A stretch of DNA of 59,965 nucleotides from a virus. Its lineage: Duplodnaviria; Caudoviricetes. The stretch is from positions 1-59,965 of IMG/VR virus record IMGVR_UViG_3300023174_000184; one strand, written 5' to 3'. The notes under the pieces were generated by a model, which was not told where the DNA came from, made no database searches, and saw only the letters and a program-made list of their open reading frames with translations. A program made the translations under genes and the position numbers. Below are positions 1 to 6,534 of this stretch, in pieces (positions within the stretch are counted from its first letter, which is position 1; each line of letters starts with the position of its first letter).

Positions 1-366
1 ACTTGGAAATGATATATCGTATTGAGTTGGTTCTTCAAACATCTTATTTGTATCTTCAAAACGACTTTCTTTAATTGTTCTCATCCAAACAAGAATATCT
101 GGTTTTCCAAATGCTGCACGAGTTAATTCTGTAGGACAAACAAAGTCAACTATGACTGGAGCAACTCCCTGTTTTGCAATAAGGCGAGCCATCTCCCCCA
201 TTCTTCTTGCCTGTTCAATTCTATCTTCAGGTGTAAAGCCTAAATCAGAATTTACTGTTGCACGAACTTCATCTGCATTAAGATGAACTGCATTAATGCG
301 TTCTTTTAATGCTTTTGCTAATTCTGTTTTGCCAGATCCAGGCAAACCTATAATTTGAATAATCAT
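1..366 (-). CDS. cysC: Adenylylsulfate (APS) kinase-like P-loop kinase, partial (runs off window)
   Basis: Not in ORF track; manual translation MIIQIIGLPGSGKTELAKALKERINAVHLNADEVRATVNSDLGFTPEDRIEQARRMGEM...VIVDFVCPT. Walker A plus D-x-VR...DLGF...DR motifs typical of CysC-like kinases; ATG overlaps upstream stop (TAATG). Confidence 0.75.
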   Translation of the reverse strand, partial: MIIQIIGLPGSGKTELAKALKERINAVHLNADEVRATVNSDLGFTPEDRIEQARRMGEMARLIAKQGVAPVIVDFVCPTELTRAAFGKPDILVWMRTIKESRFEDTNKMFEEPTQYDISFPS

Positions 367-581
367 TATTCCTCTAATCTTGATCTTTCATCAATAACTT
401 CAACCATAAACTTCATCATTTTGTCATATCCAACTGCATTGTCCATAACTTTATTGTAATGATGAGAGCAAAATAAAAGTTCTCCTGATTTGCCAATTAC
501 CTTAATATATGCCTGTGCTTGACACCTATCACATCTATCTGTTGCATCTAATAGCCAAACCTTTTGCTCTTCTGCAATCAT
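366..581 (-). CDS. Small Zn-binding hypothetical protein
   Basis: DRCDRC...LLFCSHH metal-ligand pattern; likely leaderless start at 581, 6 nt downstream of TATAAT (588-593); ORF track start is 587. Confidence 0.65.
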   Translation of the reverse strand: MIAEEQKVWLLDATDRCDRCQAQAYIKVIGKSGELLFCSHHYNKVMDNAVGYDKMMKFMVEVIDERSRLEE

Positions 582-596
582 ATTCATATTATACTG

Positions 597-773
597 CTAC
601 TTTCTGTTATCAGTTGAGTAAAAGCCTTTACCATTGAAGATTACTCCTGCTGGCGCTGACCATTGTCTTGTCATTATTTGATTGCAACATGATGGTTCTC
701 TATCTTCACCAAATCCTCTTTCAAATTCAATAGAGATAGAGCACACACCACATTGATAGTCATACTTTGGCAT
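597..773 (-). CDS. FmdB-family zinc-ribbon protein (58 aa)
   Basis: Not in ORF track; MPKYDYQCGVC...PSCCNQIMTRQWSAPAGVIFNGKGFYSTDNRK matches the MPxYxYxCxxC...FxGxGFYxTD family pattern; ATG overlaps endolysin stop. Confidence 0.85.
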   Translation of the reverse strand: MPKYDYQCGVCSISIEFERGFGEDREPSCCNQIMTRQWSAPAGVIFNGKGFYSTDNRK

Positions 774-1570
774 TACTTCAAAATAGCCTTATATGTTTTT
801 AGATCTACAATTCCATTTACTGGAAGTTTTGCCTTACTTTGAAAATCTTTTACTGCTTTTTCTGTTCCTGAACCAAATGATCCATCAGCCTTTAGACCCA
901 ATGCTTCTTGAACTTTCTTAACAGAAGAACCTTTTGCTCCAACCTTAAAAGGTTTAAATTGCGGTGCTGCTGGTTTAGTACCTATTGGTGCAACAGGAAG
1001 TGCTGTAGTCTTTACTGGAGCATCTGATGAACTAACTTTTGAGAGTAGTGGTAAATTTTCTTCACCAGAATAAACTGGGCGACCCCAACCAACAATTGCA
1101 TTAACTAACTTTGGCTTATTATTCTTTACATATGCACGAGTTTTTTCTACGCACATTCCACCATTTCGTTGATCTCCCTTTGCAGTTCCTGAAGTGTTTC
1201 CTTCAATAACCTGAATTGTTCCATCACCATTATTTTTAATGCAAAGACCAACATGCGAAATACGATTTACACCGTCATCTGGAAAATCAAAATAAATCCA
1301 GTCTCCTGGAGTAGGATCATCATTGCGAGCATCTGCCCAACGATCTTTATTTTTAAACCAATCTGATGCTGCTACTGTTGCAGCGGTCTTAGGAAAATCC
1401 TTAACCCCCGCAGTAAATGCACACCAAGAAACAAATGACTGACACCATGGAAGAAAGTTTGCACCTGTCCATTTACCATACTTTGTTTCATTATCTTTTG
1501 GACCTTCAATAGTTCCAATTTCTGCTTTAGCAATTTCAATGATTGCCTCTAGTGTTCCTTTTGCTGCCAT
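773..1570 (-). CDS. Endolysin: CHAP amidase/peptidase plus C-terminal peptidoglycan-binding domain
   Basis: PWCQSFVSW (catalytic Cys), SHVGL (His), IEGNT; C-terminal GAKGSSVKKVQEALG...DGSFGSGTEKAVKDFQ...GIVD (PG_binding_1); AGGAG RBS. Confidence 0.9.
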   Translation of the reverse strand: MAAKGTLEAIIEIAKAEIGTIEGPKDNETKYGKWTGANFLPWCQSFVSWCAFTAGVKDFPKTAATVAASDWFKNKDRWADARNDDPTPGDWIYFDFPDDGVNRISHVGLCIKNNGDGTIQVIEGNTSGTAKGDQRNGGMCVEKTRAYVKNNKPKLVNAIVGWGRPVYSGEENLPLLSKVSSSDAPVKTTALPVAPIGTKPAAPQFKPFKVGAKGSSVKKVQEALGLKADGSFGSGTEKAVKDFQSKAKLPVNGIVDLKTYKAILK

Positions 1571-1589
1571 TATTATCTCCTAATATTAT

Positions 1590-1670
1590 ATGAGCAGTTT
1601 ATCCTCATGCTCAGGAGGATAGAGAGTTACAAATAGATAGCAATGCTATTAATTGTCTCGCCTCTAATAC
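1590..1670 (-). promoter_or_regulatory. Structured 5' leader of the endolysin gene (hairpin plus putative H-type pseudoknot)
   Basis: Stem ATCCTC/GAGGAT closes loop CTGAGCAT; after an A-rich linker TGCTCA can pair with loop TGAGCA; TATAAT at about 1672-1677. Confidence 0.45.
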
Positions 1671-1686
1671 TATTATAGCCTATTGG

Positions 1687-2127
1687 CTACTTGATGTCAA
1701 TTTGCTTTGGCTTTTTCTCTTCAGGAAGATCACGCTTTACAATAACGTAAAGCATTCCATCCTTAAGGTCAGCATTATCAACATGTACATATTCCCCAAG
1801 TGCAAAACTGCGAGTAAATTTTCTACCAGCAATTCCCTTATGTACATATTCTTCAGCATCTTCTGGACGCTCACCCTTAATTTCAAGTGTGCCGTCATGC
1901 TCTGTAATTGATAATGATTCTTTGTTATATCCTGCTACTGCAAGTTCTACCACAAATGTATCTTCATCTAATTTGCGAACATTATATGGAGGAAATCCAT
2001 TAGTGTTAGTGTGGGCTGACATTAATCTGCTTGCTAATGTATCAAACCCAATAAAAAATGGATCATTGAAAATTTTATCCAATGAACCGCTTGTGTAAGT
2101 GTAGTTTCCGTTAATACCGTTAACCAT
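1687..2127 (-). CDS. hsp20: Small heat-shock protein (Hsp20/IbpA-like)
   Basis: FPPYNV...VELAVAGY...YVHKGIAGRKFTRSFAL...ADLKDGMLYV...PEEKKPKQIDI alpha-crystallin domain. Confidence 0.95.
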   Translation of the reverse strand: MVNGINGNYTYTSGSLDKIFNDPFFIGFDTLASRLMSAHTNTNGFPPYNVRKLDEDTFVVELAVAGYNKESLSITEHDGTLEIKGERPEDAEEYVHKGIAGRKFTRSFALGEYVHVDNADLKDGMLYVIVKRDLPEEKKPKQIDIK

Positions 2128-2193
2128 TTTATTCTCCTTTTCAGCGAGTTAAGTTATGTACCCCCATTTGGCTGGTACACATATATTATAACA
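2128..2193 (-). promoter_or_regulatory. hsp20 promoter (TGTTATAAT) and ROSE-like RNA thermometer leader
   Basis: Extended -10 at 2185-2193; first hairpin 2156-2182; second hairpin CTCGCT-GAAA-AGGAG (about 2133-2149) pairs the SD with a bulged G. Confidence 0.65.
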
Positions 2194-2195
2194 TA

Positions 2196-3617
2196 TTATC
2201 GACATATAGGAAAATTATACATTTTTTCCCATTTTATAATATCATTTTCATCATTTAATAATGGCTGACCCTTAATATTTAAACTTGTATTTAGTAATAC
2301 TGGACACCCAGTATCCCAATACCATTTTCTTAATGTCATATGCAGACCTGGATGTTGTTCTTTACTTACCGTCTGTATTCTTGAAGTTCCATCTTGGTGT
2401 ACAACTGAAGGTATTTTATCTGGGTACTTACATTTAACAGTATATTGCATATATGGAGATGAAAAATCCATATCAAACCATTCATTTGCAAACTCTTCTA
2501 AAACTACTGGTGCAAAAGGTCTAAAAGGTTCTCTTTGTTTAATCAGGTTAACCTTATTTTTGATGTCTGGATCTCTTGGATCAGCAAGTATGCTCCTATT
2601 CCCTAATGCTCTTGGTCCATACTCTGCTCTGCCAGTTGCAACTGCTACGATCTTATCTTTTTTAAGTCCCGAAATAATTTTATCAATAGGATATTCTCCA
2701 CCAAGATCGTATCCTAAATATGGAGACTTCCAATTTATATGCTTTCCATATAATGCTGCTGCTGCACCAAGAGAAGAGCCTGCATCTCCTGGATTTGGCA
2801 TAATCCAAACATCTTTAAATATATTCCAAAGCAATGTATTTGCAGATGAATTAAGAGCACAACCACCCATAAAGACAAGATTACTTTTCCCAGTCAACTC
2901 TTTAGCCATTATCATAAACTCTGTAAGCCTCAATTGATATACATACTGTACTGCTGCTGCTATATCAAACTTGTCTTGTTCTGTGATTGGTTCATCCCAA
3001 TCAATGATTCCTTTATGAAAATTATACTTTTGCATATCATGTCTAATAAAGTATTTAGATACTTTTGATGCATACCTTTCTGGATCCCCATACGCAGCCA
3101 TGCCCATCATAATATACTCTTCTTGATTTGGCATAAGTCCAATAAGTTGTGTAAATGCTGAATAAAATAAACCAAAACTTACTGGATAATTTTGTTTATA
3201 TTTTAATTTAATTTTTTTACCTTCTCCAACCCAAATAGTTGAAGTATTAAATTCACCAATTGCATCCAGTGCTACAATTACAGCATCAGTAAATTTACTT
3301 GTATAGTAACCAGCACATGCATGAGAATAGTGGTGATTAAAATATTTAACTGGAAGATTCATTGGAATATTTGGTTTCCAGTCTGCAGAACCACCTTTTA
3401 ATAAAATACGTGATTGTTTTAATCTTGGATGTTCATAGTAGGCAATATGTGTTGGTGTAGCATAATTAAGCATATCAAGATATATATCTTTGTTGTTATA
3501 CCAGTCATTCTTTTTTTTACTATATCTTTCTGCATGTCCAGCAAAAAGTATTTCTCCATCTTTAATTAGAGATACTGATGCATCGTGAGATGTTTCATTA
3601 ATACCTAAAATTATCAT
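2196..3617 (-). CDS. Carbamoyltransferase (NodU/CmcH/TobZ family)
   Basis: ILGINETSHDASV...AERYSKKKND, HHYSHA, DAIGE, MGMAAYG, GGCALN, PGDAGSSLGAA, EYGPRALGNRSILADP, IKQREPFRPFAP, VHQDGTSRIQTV, LLNTSLN. Confidence 0.95.
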   Translation of the reverse strand: MIILGINETSHDASVSLIKDGEILFAGHAERYSKKKNDWYNNKDIYLDMLNYATPTHIAYYEHPRLKQSRILLKGGSADWKPNIPMNLPVKYFNHHYSHACAGYYTSKFTDAVIVALDAIGEFNTSTIWVGEGKKIKLKYKQNYPVSFGLFYSAFTQLIGLMPNQEEYIMMGMAAYGDPERYASKVSKYFIRHDMQKYNFHKGIIDWDEPITEQDKFDIAAAVQYVYQLRLTEFMIMAKELTGKSNLVFMGGCALNSSANTLLWNIFKDVWIMPNPGDAGSSLGAAAALYGKHINWKSPYLGYDLGGEYPIDKIISGLKKDKIVAVATGRAEYGPRALGNRSILADPRDPDIKNKVNLIKQREPFRPFAPVVLEEFANEWFDMDFSSPYMQYTVKCKYPDKIPSVVHQDGTSRIQTVSKEQHPGLHMTLRKWYWDTGCPVLLNTSLNIKGQPLLNDENDIIKWEKMYNFPICR

Positions 3618-4405
3618 AGTAGTCCTAAATATTTTTCATATATAAAATTACTCCACCATAATTGCATTCCAGTTCCAGGATGTTCTCCGTCTCTTGCAAC
3701 ATGAAAGTATTTGCTTTTATTATTAAATTTTAGTATAGCAATTTCTTTAATCATTTTTTTAAAATCAACTTCATAAAATGTTTCAAAATTATAATTTTTA
3801 AATAATTCATTTGTTGGCAAAATTGATTTGTTTTTATCAATATCTTTTTCTTTTATTATCTCAAAATTTAAATTTTTGTAAATGTAATCCCAAGTAAATG
3901 ATAATAATTTTATATTATTTGACCTACAATATTGTTCTAACATAAAATAATATTGAAAGTTTAAAAAACAAACTTTTTTGTATTCTTCTACATCATCTAA
4001 TTTTAAAACATATCCATTTAAATCATTTTTGTATTCAAAAGATCTTAATTGATTACTTAAATTAATAAATATAACATCTGGATTTCCATATTGTTTAAAA
4101 TAACGAAACAAATTAATAGTCATATGATCTATACCAGATCCACCAACACCTAAATTAAAAAAACCAGAACATTTTTCATTATTGGATATTTTTTCATAAA
4201 CTTTATAAGCCCAAATCTCTTTTTTTTCAAGTCCAATTCCAAAAGTATTTGAACAACCAGAAAAAACTATATGCTTGCCATGATGAACATTAGTAAATTC
4301 ATCTGAGCGAAATCCTAAAGAATTAACATCTTCGTAGTTTAAATGGTTATTGCAAAATAATTCATTAGAAAAATCTTTAATTTTCTTTTTTGTAATAACT
4401 TTCAT
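3614..4405 (-). CDS. SGNH/GDSL-like hydrolase or acyltransferase, paralogue 1
   Basis: FSGCSNTFG (block I-like), NLGVGGSG (block II), DVIFINL, C-terminal DGEHPG (DxxHP); very AT-rich. Confidence 0.6.
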   Translation of the reverse strand: MKVITKKKIKDFSNELFCNNHLNYEDVNSLGFRSDEFTNVHHGKHIVFSGCSNTFGIGLEKKEIWAYKVYEKISNNEKCSGFFNLGVGGSGIDHMTINLFRYFKQYGNPDVIFINLSNQLRSFEYKNDLNGYVLKLDDVEEYKKVCFLNFQYYFMLEQYCRSNNIKLLSFTWDYIYKNLNFEIIKEKDIDKNKSILPTNELFKNYNFETFYEVDFKKMIKEIAILKFNNKSKYFHVARDGEHPGTGMQLWWSNFIYEKYLGLL

Positions 4406-5202
4406 TTTTTATTATTTTCTAATTTTATATATTTATCATATATAAAATTTGCATAGGCTATATGAAAACTAGTTCCAGGATGAAATCCATCTCTTGATGT
4501 TATGCTGTATTGATTTTTATCATATTTTAATATTTTTTTTATTTCTTTATAATATTCAACTTCATCAATTTTATAAAATGTATTAAAATTATAACTATCA
4601 AAAAAATCATTAGTGCTTTTAAAGTTTTTATCTCTTTTAAATAAAAAATCTTTATCTTCTTTTATATCCCAACTAAAAGAAAATAATTTAATATTGTTTG
4701 ATTTACAGTATGTTTCAAGCATTAAATAATATTCATAAGTTAAATAATAAACTAAATCTATAAAACTTTTATCTTCAAGTCTTACAACACGATACCTACT
4801 ATTTTTATTTAAAGTGAATCTTGGTAAATCTGGTAAATTAATAAATATTACATCTGGATTTCCATATTGTTTAAAATATTTAAAAAGATTAGAAATTATG
4901 TGTATTGCCCCATGACCATAAACTCCTAAATTAAAATAGCCAGAGCATTGATTATTTTTTAATATTTTATTGTATAAAACTTTTGACCAAATTTCTTCAA
5001 GTTCAAGACCATTTCCATATGTATAAGAACAACCAGAAAATAAAATATGTTTTCCATGATGAACATTAGTAAATTCATCTGATCTAAATAAAAAAGAATT
5101 TAAATCTTCTTTATGTGCACTTACATACTGTGGAATAAAAAAATTTGTTATAGGATCTAAATTTAAATTGAATTCAGTATGTTTTGGTAAAAAATGTTCC
5201 AT
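4402..5202 (-). CDS. SGNH/GDSL-like hydrolase or acyltransferase, paralogue 2
   Basis: FSGCSYTYG, NLGVYGHG, DVIFINL, DGFHPG; colinear with 3614..4405. Confidence 0.6.
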   Translation of the reverse strand: MEHFLPKHTEFNLNLDPITNFFIPQYVSAHKEDLNSFLFRSDEFTNVHHGKHILFSGCSYTYGNGLELEEIWSKVLYNKILKNNQCSGYFNLGVYGHGAIHIISNLFKYFKQYGNPDVIFINLPDLPRFTLNKNSRYRVVRLEDKSFIDLVYYLTYEYYLMLETYCKSNNIKLFSFSWDIKEDKDFLFKRDKNFKSTNDFFDSYNFNTFYKIDEVEYYKEIKKILKYDKNQYSITSRDGFHPGTSFHIAYANFIYDKYIKLENNKK

Positions 5203-5285
5203 TAATATATATATTTTCTATTTTTATTTTGTTTTTTTATTTTTTTCATAATAAAAAACATTTTAATTTTATTAATAATTTTCAT
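5202..5285 (-). CDS. 27-aa basic leaderless peptide (MKIINKIKMFFIMKKIKKQNKNRKYIY)
   Basis: ATG 6 nt downstream of TGGTATACT extended -10; stop overlaps the next ATG (TAATG). Confidence 0.5.
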   Translation of the reverse strand: MKIINKIKMFFIMKKIKKQNKNRKYIY

Positions 5286-5304
5286 AATCTAAGTATACCA
5301 TTTG

Positions 5305-5377
5305 CTGAGGTGGCAGGTATCGATCCTGCGACATCCGAATTAACAGTTCGGCACTCTACCATCTGAGTTACACCCCA
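5305..5377 (-). tRNA. tRNA-Asn (GTT), CCA not encoded
   Basis: Manual cloverleaf: acceptor TGGGGTG/CACCTCA, D-arm ACTC/GAGT, anticodon stem CCGAA/TTCGG with loop CTGTTAA, T-stem GCAGG/CCTGC, discriminator G. Confidence 0.92.
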
Positions 5378-5383
5378 AAACAT

Positions 5384-6277
5384 TTACTTAAGAATGTCTA
5401 CAAATACTGTAGAAGATGTTTTTGTATTTTTAATGGGTTGTGTAATAGATTTCATATAGTCAAAAGTTGCTTTATATGTACCCTTGTAATTTTTAGCCCA
5501 ATACGCTGAGAATGCAGCAGTTGATGCAGAGGTTCCAATTGCTCTCTTTATCTGTGTATTATAAACTCCAAGTGCGTAAAAATCTGCATCAATTCCACCA
5601 TTAGACCATGTTCCAATAAAATTCTTATCATCAACATTATAGTCTGATCCACTTACAGCAATCGCTGTTGGAATGCAGGCTGGGAAATCAACACGAGAAA
5701 TATCACCATTATTGCCACTTGCAAACATTGTTGGAACTTCAAGGATAAGCAACTTATTAATGTCAGCAACTAAGGTTGCATGTGTTGCTTTAATTGGACA
5801 GTATGCTCCAGTTGTATTAAGCACATGTGTTCCAACTGAAGATGAAACTGAAATAACATTATACTTAGCCTTATTAACAATTACCCAGTCAAGTGCCTTG
5901 GTAAGTTCTGTAGTTGAGAATCCATACATTGCACCAGTCTTTGCATTAATTCCAGCAATGCGAATAAAAATAATATTTACATTTGGATTAATTTGGTTAG
6001 CAATTAATGACATGATTGTTCCATGTTCAAAACCATTGCTATAAACTTGTGTTATTGGAAGAGTTGCTGAACCCTTACCTTCTTGAAATGTTTGACCATT
6101 TGGACACACACCAGTTGTAACAATACAAACTTCTTGAATCAACTTGCCAGATAAAACTGGAATAGTTGAGTCTAGTGCAGTATCAATAATAACAATTGAT
6201 GGAGTAACATCAGCCTTTGCAGGTTGTAGTGTTGTAAAACCTAATACTAAAATAATTCCCACTGCGATTTTTTTCAT
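5384..6277 (-). CDS. Secreted subtilisin-like (S8) serine protease
   Basis: Signal peptide MKKIAVGIILVLGF...AKA; IIDTA (Asp), EHGT (His), ASGNNG (oxyanion Asn), FPAC, GTSASTA (Ser). Confidence 0.85.
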   Translation of the reverse strand: MKKIAVGIILVLGFTTLQPAKADVTPSIVIIDTALDSTIPVLSGKLIQEVCIVTTGVCPNGQTFQEGKGSATLPITQVYSNGFEHGTIMSLIANQINPNVNIIFIRIAGINAKTGAMYGFSTTELTKALDWVIVNKAKYNVISVSSSVGTHVLNTTGAYCPIKATHATLVADINKLLILEVPTMFASGNNGDISRVDFPACIPTAIAVSGSDYNVDDKNFIGTWSNGGIDADFYALGVYNTQIKRAIGTSASTAAFSAYWAKNYKGTYKATFDYMKSITQPIKNTKTSSTVFVDILK

Positions 6278-6278
6278 T

Positions 6279-6497
6279 TTATTCCTTTATCTTGATTACT
6301 AATTGACATGGGTCGCCACCTGCTTCCCACTCTTGTTCTTCTTCTTCAGTCATGTATGGATCACCATCATGAGTATTGCAGAATGGCTCTGTTACCCATC
6401 CCCGCTCAATTCCATTTTCAAGCCAAATTTCAAACTCATTGAAATCTGACTCCTTACTTTGCATATCTTTTAGAATTTCATTAAACTCTTCGTTCAT
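6279..6497 (-). CDS. Small acidic hypothetical protein (72 aa)
   Basis: WLENGIERGWVTEPFCNTHDGDP...WEAGGDPC; start reassigned to 6497, directly below a consensus promoter; the ORF-track extension overlaps the DUF885 gene. Confidence 0.7.
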   Translation of the reverse strand: MNEEFNEILKDMQSKESDFNEFEIWLENGIERGWVTEPFCNTHDGDPYMTEEEEQEWEAGGDPCQLVIKIKE

Positions 6498-6503
6498 ATT
6501 ATA

Positions 6504-6532
6504 ATTATACCCTTTCAGATATTGGCTGTCAA
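6504..6532 (-). promoter_or_regulatory. Perfect housekeeping-sigma promoter TTGACA-N17-TATAAT, leaderless transcript
   Basis: -35 at 6527-6532, -10 at 6504-6509, ATG 6 nt downstream. Confidence 0.85.
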
Positions 6533-6534
6533 AT

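Noticed and set aside
5184-5366. 60-aa plus-strand ORF
   Set aside because: Overlaps the tRNA-Asn and the leaderless peptide on the opposite strand; a typical tRNA shadow ORF.
5305-5377. tRNA as prophage attachment site or window as host-prophage junction
   Set aside because: No integrase, repressor or duplicated tRNA end seen; phage-like genes and the same promoter motif continue on both sides.
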